Sequence record: PV660463
Reading direction: 5' to 3' (one strand)
DNA: 64,000 nt
Source of the DNA: Escherichia phage LF82-41
Below, piece by piece: positions 1 to 9,312 of the stretch (positions within the stretch are counted from its first letter, which is position 1; each line of letters opens with the position of its first letter). A model generated the notes under the pieces. That model ran no database searches. It was not told the DNA's origin and worked only from the letters and a program-made list of their open reading frames with translations. Position numbers and translations under genes: made by a program.

Positions 1-102
1 ATTAGCATACATACCATAATTTTCTTCCATCATAGCATTCAGGCGTTTGATATGATTAATGTGGGCTTCAATAGCATCAATCTGGAGTTGTTTAAGATTC
101 AT
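1..102 (-). CDS. hypothetical protein, partial (ATG at 100-102, C-terminus beyond window start)
   Basis: Open frame from ATG at 102 to position 1 (34 codons, [14 protein letters not shown]...); TAATG overlap with upstream ORF stop. Confidence 0.35.
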   Translation of the reverse strand, partial: MNLKQLQIDAIEAHINHIKRLNAMMEENYGMYAN

Positions 103-563
103 TAGTAAAGGTCCTCAGAGTAAAGTTCTTTTTCATTACCACCACGTTCAATACGTACTTGTCCAGCGTAAGTTGCAATAATCATTGCTTCTTCACGTGT
201 CCAATAATTACTATATTGGTCAATAAACCCTTGGTCATCATCACAAACTTGTTGAGTAACTAATTGAGGTTTAACTACATCTAAAACTTCTGCCATATCT
301 TTAGAATAATGACGAGCACCTGGAATAATAAGAGTTCGTCCATCTTTTAATTTAAAACGGTTGGCTGCGCAGACAATTCGTCGTTGATACTTTTGGTTTT
401 CATCCCAATACAGAGTCTGCCAACAGATTTCAGGAACTTCGTCTAAAACATTTTGTTCTGTATATTCACCACCGTAAGAAGCTAATTTAGCAGCCAGACT
501 TTCCGGAGTCTCACGCGACAAAGCTTTATCTAACAGAGCTAAACGTTCTTTAAAAGTTTTCAT
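102..563 (-). CDS. hypothetical protein (153 aa)
   Basis: ORF track; compact minus-strand packing; no motif recognised. Confidence 0.55.
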   Translation of the reverse strand: MKTFKERLALLDKALSRETPESLAAKLASYGGEYTEQNVLDEVPEICWQTLYWDENQKYQRRIVCAANRFKLKDGRTLIIPGARHYSKDMAEVLDVVKPQLVTQQVCDDDQGFIDQYSNYWTREEAMIIATYAGQVRIERGGNEKELYSEDLY

Positions 564-889
564 TTAAACCATTCCTTAATACGTTGCCAAATAGATTTTT
601 GTGCTTGTTTATTTACACCAATCGAACGAATAACCGGTTGTGACTGCTGGTATTCTTTATAATCTTCTTTATAGATTTCGTAAGCTGCATCAACAAATGA
701 ACTGATCGCAGCCATGTAGTTTTTACGAAGGCCAAATGGCGCGTCATTATTTTCACGAATAACCGTATATTGGCCTGCTTTAATCTTTACAATTGTCCCT
801 AAATAAGCCCCGTGGTACCAAATATCCCATCCTTCCTGAGTAGGTTCTGCACATTTACGAAGTTCGTTAATAATATTCAGCTTATTCAT
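560..889 (-). CDS. hypothetical protein (109 aa), motA-adjacent
   Basis: ORF track; 4-nt overlap with downstream ORF; position equivalent to T4 motA.1/arn region. Confidence 0.55.
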   Translation of the reverse strand: MNKLNIINELRKCAEPTQEGWDIWYHGAYLGTIVKIKAGQYTVIRENNDAPFGLRKNYMAAISSFVDAAYEIYKEDYKEYQQSQPVIRSIGVNKQAQKSIWQRIKEWFK

Positions 890-899
890 TATGTATTCC

Positions 900-1532
900 T
901 CACAGTACGTTAGTTACAAGGGTAATGATTTCTTTGGACACATTAGGGAAGTCAATGTAAGTATATTTACCACCGATCTTAATCTTAACATCATTTTCAA
1001 GAGAAGTAAACAGCTTTGATTCAGTTTCTGACATGTTGTATGCAAAGATTCTAAGAGCGCCATCTCGACGAATTTCGATCTGACGAATGCCTAGAACTCG
1101 TTTAGCGAATCGAACTTCTAAGTTACTACGGTTTTCACCAATTTCTTTAACTTCAACTTTATCTTTAATATTTTCAAAAACAAAGTTTGCTAATTCATGC
1201 ATTTCAGGAGTAACTCCACGTGCTTTTCTGGTGTTACGTTTCTGAAGAAGTTCTGGAGCATTTTCTTGGGCAAAGAGGTCTGCAGCTTTTTGGATAATAT
1301 CCATTGCTTCGCCGGTTGCCACAAGTCCATCACCGGATTTTTCGACTAAACCTTTCTTAATCAATACACCAATGTTAGAGTTAACAACTGATGCGCTGTA
1401 TTCTGCTTCCAGAGCTTCACGGACATTGGCAGCAGTGGTGAAGTTGTTCTTAATGATATAAACCATTATTGCAGCAGTTTTTTCATTCAGAGCGTTTTCA
1501 GAAGCTTTGATGATGTAAGTAACTTTAGACAT
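900..1532 (-). CDS. motA: MotA middle-transcription activator
   Basis: 210 aa; N-terminus MSKVTYIIKAS...NIGVLIKKGLVEKSGDGL matches remembered T4 MotA; followed by gene 52 as in T4. Confidence 0.85.
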   Translation of the reverse strand: MSKVTYIIKASENALNEKTAAIMVYIIKNNFTTAANVREALEAEYSASVVNSNIGVLIKKGLVEKSGDGLVATGEAMDIIQKAADLFAQENAPELLQKRNTRKARGVTPEMHELANFVFENIKDKVEVKEIGENRSNLEVRFAKRVLGIRQIEIRRDGALRIFAYNMSETESKLFTSLENDVKIKIGGKYTYIDFPNVSKEIITLVTNVL

Positions 1533-1566
1533 TTTATTTCTCCAAATTAGTATTTGTTTTGATAGG

Positions 1567-1598
1567 TCTATAATATCATGTTTGAAGCAAAAGTAAAC
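1567..1598 (-). promoter_or_regulatory. early-type sigma70 promoter (GTTTAC-N17-TGaTATTAT), family 1
   Basis: minus-strand GTTTAC at 1593-1598, TATTAT at 1570-1575, conserved AGACCTATC downstream; upstream of motA. Confidence 0.55.
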
Positions 1599-1635
1599 TT
1601 TATTTTGGGCTCTTTTTAAAAAGCCCTGGTAAAAT

Positions 1636-1851
1636 TTACAAACTCATTTCTTTAATAAGGCCAATAAGTTTTGCCTTTTTAGAACGAAGCTTTTCTAAAT
1701 GACGTCCATTTGAACCGCGAACCACTAAAGAATTGATTTCAACTTCTAAGAAATTTAATTCTTCAACAAGTGCTTTACGAGGAGCATTCATACCAGGTTT
1801 AACTTTACCGAAACGAGTAGTTGTGTTTTGGGTTAATTTCATTTTAGACAT
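1636..1851 (-). CDS. hypothetical small protein (71 aa)
   Basis: ORF track; own family-1 promoter upstream. Confidence 0.5.
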   Translation of the reverse strand: MSKMKLTQNTTTRFGKVKPGMNAPRKALVEELNFLEVEINSLVVRGSNGRHLEKLRSKKAKLIGLIKEMSL

Positions 1852-1887
1852 TTTATTTCTCCAATTTGGTTGTTTTGTTTTGATAGG

Positions 1888-1919
1888 TCTATAATATCAC
1901 GTTTGAAGCACATGTAAAC
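1888..1919 (-). promoter_or_regulatory. early-type promoter, family 1
   Basis: GTTTAC (1914-1919) - N17 - TATTAT (1891-1896), AGACCTATC downstream. Confidence 0.5.
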
Positions 1920-1930
1920 TGTTTTGTGAG

Positions 1931-1963
1931 AAAAAAAAAGCACAAAAGGGAGCTTCGGCTCCC
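1931..1963 (-). terminator. rho-independent terminator after gene 52
   Basis: GGGAGC-ttcg-GCTCCC hairpin (1948-1963) followed on minus strand by T-run (plus A-run 1931-1939). Confidence 0.6.
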
Positions 1964-2039
1964 TAATCATGTTTGTCCAACCAATACAGCCAAATCACTA
2001 GTGCAGCTATTGCACCGAGAAATCCTAAGGCTAGGGCAC

Positions 2040-3365
2040 TCAAAGTGCCTCCAAGTCTTTAGTGTACTCTGTCACAACATCAGTAGACTTCCAATACTCA
2101 TTTTCTTCTTTCTTAGCTTTAGCTTCTTCTGCTAGTTTACGTGCTTCGTCGGAAGTGATATGGAAGATGTTAAGACCTACCAGTTTATCGACATGTTCTT
2201 TATACATTTCGATTTGTGCTAGCTCTTCAGTCAAAGCTTTACGAGTCTTGCCCTGAATCACGATTTCACCGTTGATAACTTTTTTGATGAAGTGTGCCTT
2301 AGCAAAAGCAAGTTTAAATGCTTTTTCGGATTCAAGGATTTTGTTGTCAATACGTTTCTGAACGTAAGTCTTACGGACTTCAACAAAATCTTTGATTAAG
2401 TCCACTACGTTATCGTAGACAGCTAATTTACCCTTTTCATTAATCACTGTGATGTTTTGTGAACGACGTTCGATGAGACTAAAATCTTTCATGATTTTTT
2501 CATGACGTAGCTCTTCATCATCAGGAAGCGAGTATTCTTTGCGGAACTTCACCTTAAACCCAAAGCCGTGTTCACCGCAATCATCTTCCCATGAGATTAG
2601 ACCTTTGTCTTCCAACGGGTCAAGAACTTTACTCACATACGTTTCACGGTCGAATTTATATGGGATTTCAGTTATCTGCATTTGAGTACGAGATGTGAAC
2701 TTGTATGTTCCGTGAATCTCATAACGCCCATCAACTTCATGCACTTCACCATGGAATTCCGGGAATTCAACTTTTGGCTTAGTGACATTTTTACCTTGAA
2801 GAGCTTGTAATACAGCCTTTTTTACCGATTTAAAACTATGAGGCAGAATATTTGTTGCGTAACCGGTTGCAATACCAGATACACCATTCAAAAGAACTGT
2901 CGGAATAATAGGAAGATAGAATTTTGGTGGAATATGTTCTTTATCTTCATGAGCTGGAGCATATTCAGTATCTTTATATACGTTATAGAAATTTTTACTT
3001 ACACGAGCAAAAATATAACGAGATGCTGCAGCTTTTTGGACTGTTCTAGAACCAAAGTTGCCTTGACCATCTAACAGTGGATAGTTGTTGTTCCATGTGT
3101 TAGCCATTAATGCACCTGCATCTTGTGCAGAAGATTCACCATGGTGATAACCTAAATCTGCGACACCGCCTGCAATTGACGCAAGTTTATGAAATTTTTC
3201 TTTATTACCACGAGCTAAATCTAACGCACGATGAACCACAAAACGTTGAACCGGCTTAAATCCATCAATCATATTTGGGATTGCACGGTTTTCAACGGTG
3301 TACATCGCATATGCTAAGGCTTCGTTATCAATAATACTTTTTAGATTACGAGAATTCAATTGCAT
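2040..3365 (-). CDS. 52: DNA topoisomerase II medium subunit (GyrA-like)
   Basis: 441 aa; motif IPNMIDGFKPVQRFVVH typical of type IIA topo A-subunit; T4 gp52 size and position. Confidence 0.9.
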   Translation of the reverse strand: MQLNSRNLKSIIDNEALAYAMYTVENRAIPNMIDGFKPVQRFVVHRALDLARGNKEKFHKLASIAGGVADLGYHHGESSAQDAGALMANTWNNNYPLLDGQGNFGSRTVQKAAASRYIFARVSKNFYNVYKDTEYAPAHEDKEHIPPKFYLPIIPTVLLNGVSGIATGYATNILPHSFKSVKKAVLQALQGKNVTKPKVEFPEFHGEVHEVDGRYEIHGTYKFTSRTQMQITEIPYKFDRETYVSKVLDPLEDKGLISWEDDCGEHGFGFKVKFRKEYSLPDDEELRHEKIMKDFSLIERRSQNITVINEKGKLAVYDNVVDLIKDFVEVRKTYVQKRIDNKILESEKAFKLAFAKAHFIKKVINGEIVIQGKTRKALTEELAQIEMYKEHVDKLVGLNIFHITSDEARKLAEEAKAKKEENEYWKSTDVVTEYTKDLEAL

Positions 3366-3369
3366 ATTT

Positions 3370-3510
3370 TCACCATATTAATGAACGAATATCCATTATA
3401 ACATCTGAAATGAAAAGCACTACTTGGATTAGTCCAAACATCACACCGTAGTACAGAACCGTAAGCAACAACAAGAGCCCGAAGGCTCCTGCTAAGATTT
3501 TCTTAATCAT
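3370..3510 (-). CDS. small hydrophobic protein (46 aa)
   Basis: Manual translation MIKKILAGAFGLLLLLTVLYYGVMFGLIQVVLFISDVIMDIRSLIW; ATG overlaps stop of upstream small ORF; below ORF-track size cutoff. Confidence 0.35.
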   Translation of the reverse strand: MIKKILAGAFGLLLLLTVLYYGVMFGLIQVVLFISDVIMDIRSLIW

Positions 3511-3656
3511 TACTCGCCTTTTAACACGTTAATAAGAGCTAAGACCGCTAAGGTGCCTTGTGATACGGCCTGTTGAAATACTGTTGTTTCGCCTGTAACT
3601 AAAGTGTTAACGAATAAAAACGACCAACACAGCAATGCAATAATCCATGATACCAT
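3510..3656 (-). CDS. small membrane protein, possible ac (acriflavine sensitivity) homolog (48 aa)
   Basis: Manual translation MVSWIIALLCWSFLFVNTLVTGETTVFQQAVSQGTLAVLALINVLKGE; size and position between 52 and ndd match T4 ac. Confidence 0.4.
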   Translation of the reverse strand: MVSWIIALLCWSFLFVNTLVTGETTVFQQAVSQGTLAVLALINVLKGE

Positions 3657-3708
3657 TTTAATTACCTCAAAAATAAATTAAAGGCCCAACTTAATAGGCC
3701 CGTATAAA

Positions 3709-4155
3709 TTAGTAACTCTGTAGAATGAATTTGAAATTATCAGCCAGAAGACGGTTCATTTCAGTGAGTGTTTGATATTCTGATGTATGATTGCGAGTGA
3801 ATGCCAGAGCCAATTGTCCTTTACCATAACCGGTGGTCAGGGGTTTCATGTTCTTAGCTGCAACAAAGATTACATCATATTCAATATTGTTAGTACCCAT
3901 GGTACGGGCTAGTTGCGAACGGCCTTGACGAATGTGAGAAAGAATTGCATCCAACCCTTGTTTAGAACGTTGACGTCCTACAAAGAATCGTGCTGCTACT
4001 TGTCGCCAATCAGATGAACCTTTAACAAAGAAGTAAAAACCTTCACGAGAACGAAACTCTTTAGAAACTTCAGAACCGTATTCGCCATTACGAACTACTG
4101 CAACAACTTCACCGCCAACTGCCAGAAGGTCTTTACGAGTTAAATATTTGGACAT
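3709..4155 (-). CDS. ndd: nucleoid disruption protein Ndd
   Basis: 148 aa; C-terminal [39 protein letters not shown] matches remembered T4 Ndd. Confidence 0.8.
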   Translation of the reverse strand: MSKYLTRKDLLAVGGEVVAVVRNGEYGSEVSKEFRSREGFYFFVKGSSDWRQVAARFFVGRQRSKQGLDAILSHIRQGRSQLARTMGTNNIEYDVIFVAAKNMKPLTTGYGKGQLALAFTRNHTSEYQTLTEMNRLLADNFKFILQSY

Positions 4156-4231
4156 GCTAATTTCCTCAATTGATTAATGTTTTTGTAATCCATGAGAGCA
4201 TTATACTCTGCTCTCAAGAGTTTGTACAATT

Positions 4232-4432
4232 TTATTCGGCTATATCAGAACGTTCAAAAAGCTCTTCAACAGTTAAACATTCAGTGTCATCTTCAATAAA
4301 GAATCGAGTCCAACACGTTGGGGCGATACAGTTATGAGTTTGTCCGGCGATAGAAGCTACACGAATAAGCTGCTGGCCGTTATCCAGAACAAATTTTTCA
4401 CCAATTTCAACATCTTTAAAAAGCTTAGCCAT
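4232..4432 (-). CDS. hypothetical protein (66 aa)
   Basis: ORF track. Confidence 0.45.
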   Translation of the reverse strand: MAKLFKDVEIGEKFVLDNGQQLIRVASIAGQTHNCIAPTCWTRFFIEDDTECLTVEELFERSDIAE

Positions 4433-4492
4433 TTTGTGTTCCTCATGTTTCAGTAAGACTACTATACCATAATCCTACCTTGTTGTAAACAA

Positions 4493-4603
4493 TTAAATTA
4501 CATTAAAATATGTTAAAGCCAACCATGTTCCAGTGAACGAACATGCAATGTAAAAAACCGTATCACAAATTGTTCTTAGTACAATAAGAAGTGCATTTTT
4601 CAT
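4493..4603 (-). CDS. micro-ORF, hydrophobic (36 aa)
   Basis: Manual translation MKNALLIVLRTICDTVFYIACSFTGTWLALTYFNVI; ATGA overlap with upstream micro-ORF. Confidence 0.25.
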   Translation of the reverse strand: MKNALLIVLRTICDTVFYIACSFTGTWLALTYFNVI

Positions 4604-4686
4604 AAGTACCTCAACACAATTGAAAATATTATACAAATCATTGGGATACTAAGCAACCATATTCCTATCCACATTTTAGAGCTCAT
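4600..4686 (-). CDS. micro-ORF, hydrophobic (28 aa)
   Basis: Manual translation MSSKMWIGIWLLSIPMICIIFSIVLRYL; ATGA overlap with stop of 4683..4946. Confidence 0.25.
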   Translation of the reverse strand: MSSKMWIGIWLLSIPMICIIFSIVLRYL

Positions 4687-4946
4687 ATCTCAACTTCCGC
4701 GAGTTCCATATATCCTTTGTTGATAACCTCTTTAAGGTCTTTAGAAAGAATAACATTAAAATGGTCGTTCATATGCCCGTTAACCAGACGAGTTATTTCG
4801 GCTTCAGATGACATATAAGGCACGTCCGAGTCCCAATGAGATAGACCTAAATGAGTATAAATCATCCCTTCGTCATCTGCGGTGTTGTACATTGAAACAA
4901 ACTCACCAGTCACTTTATGTTTTGCGTAGAAAAATTTAAATTTCAT
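4683..4946 (-). CDS. hypothetical protein (87 aa)
   Basis: ORF track. Confidence 0.5.
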   Translation of the reverse strand: MKFKFFYAKHKVTGEFVSMYNTADDEGMIYTHLGLSHWDSDVPYMSSEAEITRLVNGHMNDHFNVILSKDLKEVINKGYMELAEVEI

Positions 4947-5014
4947 GATGTTATCCTCTTTTAGATAGGACTACTATATCATAGTCCTACTTAGTTGTAA
5001 ACACTTTTATGAAA

Positions 5015-5572
5015 TTAGAGATGAAGATACCAGCCGTTGTAGTTGCTCTTGCGGACGATTTTCTTTAGGTCTTCATGGTCTCCCACGAACTTTATAGAAT
5101 AAGAGAAGACGTCAGGTGAGGTTTCTTTGACATTCAATATAATAATACAGTCAGCGACTCGATGATTAAGGAAGGGCCCTATGTTGATTCCGTTGCCGCC
5201 TGGATAATCACCACTGTATCCTGTGGTAACAGAAATCCATTTAGAATCCATCTGATGTGTCTTGACTTCTACACGAATTCCACAATATTTGGGATGAGCT
5301 AACACGTCCCATGCATACGTATACGGGTCTTCTACATCTTCAATACCTTTATTAACATATCCGTCTAGCCAATTTGCTACTACATACTCTGCAAAGACTG
5401 CAACCTTACAACGTCGAACTACGTCTTCTTTTATTTGACCTGGATCTTGTTTCAACGAGTACCGAGCAGTATCAGCGATCTTAACCTTCATTTCGCTAGT
5501 CAAAAACTCATTCGACAGGATAAATGTCGGAAGACTCTTCAGCCTCAACAGTCCCAAGTTCGTCTTTACCAT
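5015..5572 (-). CDS. possible endonuclease IV (DenB)-like protein; start set at internal Met with GAGG RBS (185 aa)
   Basis: Position immediately downstream of rIIB as T4 denB; length from Met-22 equals T4 DenB size; no sequence-level confirmation. Confidence 0.4.
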   Translation of the reverse strand: MVKTNLGLLRLKSLPTFILSNEFLTSEMKVKIADTARYSLKQDPGQIKEDVVRRCKVAVFAEYVVANWLDGYVNKGIEDVEDPYTYAWDVLAHPKYCGIRVEVKTHQMDSKWISVTTGYSGDYPGGNGINIGPFLNHRVADCIIILNVKETSPDVFSYSIKFVGDHEDLKKIVRKSNYNGWYLHL

Positions 5573-5795
5573 AGATACCTCTAATGTGTAGTTCGCCAAA
5601 ATAAATGCGGTCACCTTCTTCAAGATATTCTGCATCTACCGGTGGGATTTCAATAACAACTTCGTCACATTCTAACCAGCCGTAGTGTGCATCACCAGGA
5701 TGTTTTACCAATTTAGCACAATAAACTGATTTACACTTATGATGACCACGAAGATTAGCAATTTTGGATTCTGATACGTCAAATGGATGAATCAT
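5508..5795 (-). CDS. hypothetical protein (95 aa)
   Basis: ORF track; AGGGG RBS; overlaps proposed denB-like start. Confidence 0.4.
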   Translation of the reverse strand: MIHPFDVSESKIANLRGHHKCKSVYCAKLVKHPGDAHYGWLECDEVVIEIPPVDAEYLEEGDRIYFGELHIRGIYGKDELGTVEAEESSDIYPVE

Positions 5796-5805
5796 AATTA
5801 CCCCT

Positions 5806-5831
5806 AAAGAAAAAAGGGGACCGAAGTCCCC
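5806..5831 (-). terminator. rho-independent terminator after rIIB
   Basis: GGGGAC-ttcg-GTCCCC hairpin (5816-5831) followed by T-run on minus strand. Confidence 0.5.
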
Positions 5832-5836
5832 AATTA

Positions 5837-6784
5837 TTATTCTGCAAATAATTCAGTAACGTCTGAAATTACTTCATAACGACAAGTACGCATCTTAGCA
5901 TCACCGTAGTCAACCGGGATGGATACAACATCACGTGGATGAACTTTAACCTTAACAACTTTATCTGAGCTTGAACCAAAGTGGCGAATATAAGATTTAG
6001 CACAAACATGGAGACCGCGAGAACAGGTTTGAGTATCATCGTCGTTAACTCGAGTACGAGGCATTGAAACAACTTTACCTGGGGAGTTATCAAATGTACC
6101 ACTATAGCAGTCTAAATAGTCCTTACGAACTACTTTCCATGCATAGAAATACCCATCTTCAGTGATTTCAATATCGTTTGCAACCAAGAAGTCGAATAAA
6201 CGTTGTACAGCTTTTTCGCTTGGGTTTTCTAACAGGTTTTCAAGGAACGGCAGATAGAATTTAAAGTCTTCGCCTTTTTCCATAGAATCAATAATACGAT
6301 TAACCAGGCCAGAACGAATCTCTATACCTTGATAAAATAAACTACCACCTTCAATAACAACATTACCATCAACAAACTTACTAATAGCTTTCTTGATGTT
6401 AATAAGTTCGACAGCTTTACTAAGGTTTCCTGCGACCAGATTAGCTTTAATTTCTTCAAAATTTGCATGACTTGATGGGGTCGCATTGTATGCTACGCGT
6501 CCTTCAATAATTGAAATAAATTTAGATGACGCGTTCCATACGATTTCAGGACGATGTCCGCCGATAATAGGTTCATCATTTTCTGGAACTTCTTCGATTA
6601 CATAAGAGGCATCGTTTGATTCAGGGACAACGCCTTCTGCTTTAAAATTCTTAACAATCTTACGAAGAGTATCTGTTGAAATGTCGAAGTAATCGGCAAT
6701 TTCTTTACGAGTCCATTTGCCTGATTCAACCAGGCCGTAAGCTTCTAACTGTTCTTCTTGGGACAAGCATTTGATATTGTACAT
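5837..6784 (-). CDS. rIIB: rIIB rapid-lysis/membrane-integrity protein
   Basis: 315 aa; directly downstream of rIIA; N-terminal MYNIKCLSQEEQLEAYGLVESGKWTRKEIADYF consistent with rIIB. Confidence 0.8.
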   Translation of the reverse strand: MYNIKCLSQEEQLEAYGLVESGKWTRKEIADYFDISTDTLRKIVKNFKAEGVVPESNDASYVIEEVPENDEPIIGGHRPEIVWNASSKFISIIEGRVAYNATPSSHANFEEIKANLVAGNLSKAVELINIKKAISKFVDGNVVIEGGSLFYQGIEIRSGLVNRIIDSMEKGEDFKFYLPFLENLLENPSEKAVQRLFDFLVANDIEITEDGYFYAWKVVRKDYLDCYSGTFDNSPGKVVSMPRTRVNDDDTQTCSRGLHVCAKSYIRHFGSSSDKVVKVKVHPRDVVSIPVDYGDAKMRTCRYEVISDVTELFAE

Positions 6785-6793
6785 AATGTTTCC

Positions 6794-9007
6794 TTATTTA
6801 GCCGCTTCCACGGCCTTCATGAATTTAACGATTTGAGCGACCTGTTCTTTTGAAAGAGTACCACGTCGTCCCATGTATTCTGACACAATATGATAATTGG
6901 TTTCGAATTCAATAACCATTTTATCATCATTATCGTAAGCATTATCTTTAAGCTTATCGAAAATTTTAGCACACAATTCTAACTTCTTATTCAGGTCTGT
7001 ATTAGTAGCACCTGCGAATCGATTCCATCCCCAGCGATTATTTACTGTGGAGAGTTTTGCAAAGTCTTTACTGATTTCTTTGTTCTTAGAGCTAAAATAC
7101 TTACTAAGGAAGTTAAGCTCTTCATTACGAGTAATATGGTTTAGATAGGGCTGTGCTCTACGACTTGGTGATACATACTCATCATAATCCACTTTATCGA
7201 TTAGCGTAATATAGTCATTAATTGATTTTTCGAACAAGCATTCTACTTCACCAAGTTTACGAACTTTCTTAGCAATCTGTGGACGAACTACAGTGAACTC
7301 TTTAATACCTGACAAATCAGCAATACGAGTCAAGAAATTGGAGTCATAGTTCAACCAACCTTTATCTGCATCAAGACATTCAGCATTAGAACGATTACGA
7401 ACTATAGCATAACCTTGGATTTCATCTGCTTCACTTGCCGGAATAAAGAGGTCTTCTGATACCCAAACATCGTTTTCATTCTTAAAGAATCGATGAGCAC
7501 TTGGCGATTTAGGACGAGGCTCATTAGTTCGTTTCCTGACTTCAATCCATGGCTTAACGATTTGTAAAAGCTCTGAAGTCTTGTACATGTTAATGTTGTC
7601 GCCATCAAAGATAACTTTAAGGCGTTCCAGAAGTTTCATTGCATCTTCGTCTGTAGGGTCAACGAATAGTACGCTTTTACCAAAACCGCGTGGAACTTTA
7701 CCAGTTAATTTAACCTCGTCTTTAGACATTTCAATTGAATTAAGAGCTCGCATTAATGGAACGCGTCCCTTAACGTCGTCAATAACAATTTCAACGTTTT
7801 TAATGTTAATGCCAATCAGACTGTTAATTGAAATGGTTGATGATGAGCTACCACTTTCACGAATACGACGAAGACGAGGGGATTCAACGATATCGTATAC
7901 GACACCAAGATTACACCACTCAGGCCCCATTTTAAAACGTTTGTACAACTCAGAATAAGTTAGTTGTTCTTTAGAGTATTTCAGTGATTCAATATTAGAC
8001 CCAGCCTTTTCCATGTATTTACGAGCGGTATAGCCAAGAGAATCAATTTCACGGAACACATGACGCGGGTATTTACAATCAATCCATTTCTTAGAATCTT
8101 CAGCAAATAATTTTGCATCAATTTCTGCAACACGTTTATGGATATTTGCTACTGTACGTTTATCAAATGACAATGCTTCACGAGACGGGGCTACATCTAG
8201 TTCACCCATAGGGAATTTAATATAAGCTGTAGTGCATCGTGTCATCATCCATGTTTGTTCTTTAATAACACTTCCGATTGGATATACAATACCACCGTAA
8301 ACAGCCATGATATTACCGCGTTCACCCCATGGAGCTTCCTTGGCCAAATATACATCGTCAAATTCAGGAAAGTATTTAATATCTTTAACACCACGAACTT
8401 CTGCAATATCACCTAGAGGACGCATAACATAAGCAATTTCAGATGCGAACTTTTCAAAATCTTCCGGGTTAACCGGTACAACTACTTCTACACCCGTACG
8501 GTCATCAGGACCCATCTTATCTACAAAGGTCGGCTTAATCTGTGGACCTGTGTCATCTTGGTAGATTACGTAACCACGAACTTCACCGTTGTGATAAGAC
8601 GTAAGGTTAAACGTATCGGTATATGCTAATGGAGCTTTAGAGCCGAGTCCGAATCCACCAATGAAATCGTTACTCGATGTTTTAGTTGAAGCAAAATATG
8701 AGTTATAAATTCCTGGCTCTTCGTCATTACCTCGAATGGTGAAATCGCTCATACCAGGACCAAAGTCTCGAACTACAAAGCGCGGGTCTAACCGACCTGG
8801 AGCTTGAACAATAAACTTATCAGTGCAACCGTTAAGAATTTGTCCATCGATACAGTTTGTAATTAATTCACGTACACAAGCCAATTCTTTGTTTGTATAA
8901 AGGTCATTAGACAAAATCTTATAAACTTTGCTATTGCCTTGAATAGTGAATGCTGTGCTCTTACCACCTGAACCAATAATAGTTTCTTTAGCCGTTTCAA
9001 TAATCAT
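6794..9007 (-). CDS. rIIA: rIIA protein
   Basis: 737 aa; N-terminal GHKL-type ATPase-like region; T4 rIIA size and gene order. Confidence 0.85.
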   Translation of the reverse strand: MIIETAKETIIGSGGKSTAFTIQGNSKVYKILSNDLYTNKELACVRELITNCIDGQILNGCTDKFIVQAPGRLDPRFVVRDFGPGMSDFTIRGNDEEPGIYNSYFASTKTSSNDFIGGFGLGSKAPLAYTDTFNLTSYHNGEVRGYVIYQDDTGPQIKPTFVDKMGPDDRTGVEVVVPVNPEDFEKFASEIAYVMRPLGDIAEVRGVKDIKYFPEFDDVYLAKEAPWGERGNIMAVYGGIVYPIGSVIKEQTWMMTRCTTAYIKFPMGELDVAPSREALSFDKRTVANIHKRVAEIDAKLFAEDSKKWIDCKYPRHVFREIDSLGYTARKYMEKAGSNIESLKYSKEQLTYSELYKRFKMGPEWCNLGVVYDIVESPRLRRIRESGSSSSTISINSLIGINIKNVEIVIDDVKGRVPLMRALNSIEMSKDEVKLTGKVPRGFGKSVLFVDPTDEDAMKLLERLKVIFDGDNINMYKTSELLQIVKPWIEVRKRTNEPRPKSPSAHRFFKNENDVWVSEDLFIPASEADEIQGYAIVRNRSNAECLDADKGWLNYDSNFLTRIADLSGIKEFTVVRPQIAKKVRKLGEVECLFEKSINDYITLIDKVDYDEYVSPSRRAQPYLNHITRNEELNFLSKYFSSKNKEISKDFAKLSTVNNRWGWNRFAGATNTDLNKKLELCAKIFDKLKDNAYDNDDKMVIEFETNYHIVSEYMGRRGTLSKEQVAQIVKFMKAVEAAK

Positions 9008-9019
9008 ATTTTTCTCTCA

Positions 9020-9220
9020 TCACAAGTTACGTTTAAAAATTTCTGCTACTTCAAGAAGTTCTTCTTTAGTAGCTGTATCGGTTTGTATTTTATATCGAAT
9101 TTCTTTAAAGCGTTCTTTAAAGGACTCTGCTGACTCGATATCAAAAAATCTTTGGATAAGCCGGAATTCCCGGAGCACTGCTTTATCAAAAAGTTCCAAG
9201 TCCACGTTATATGTTCTCAT
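9020..9220 (-). CDS. hypothetical protein (66 aa), rIIA.1 position
   Basis: ORF track; synteny. Confidence 0.45.
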   Translation of the reverse strand: MRTYNVDLELFDKAVLREFRLIQRFFDIESAESFKERFKEIRYKIQTDTATKEELLEVAEIFKRNL

Positions 9221-9312
9221 AATATTCTCTTCAGTAGATTCCTAGGGCACTATTACTAAAGACCATATAATCTATCATCTTATGTGTAATAGTGCCTCAG
9301 GCTATTCAGGAT

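Noticed and set aside
5015-5635. 206-aa version of the denB-like ORF
   Set aside because: No RBS before the first ATG; an internal Met with GAGG RBS gives a 185-aa product, so the shorter form was preferred
7581-7958. Plus-strand 125-aa ORF inside rIIA
   Set aside because: Antisense shadow ORF overlapping a well-supported minus-strand gene; Ser/Leu/Arg-rich composition typical of out-of-frame translation
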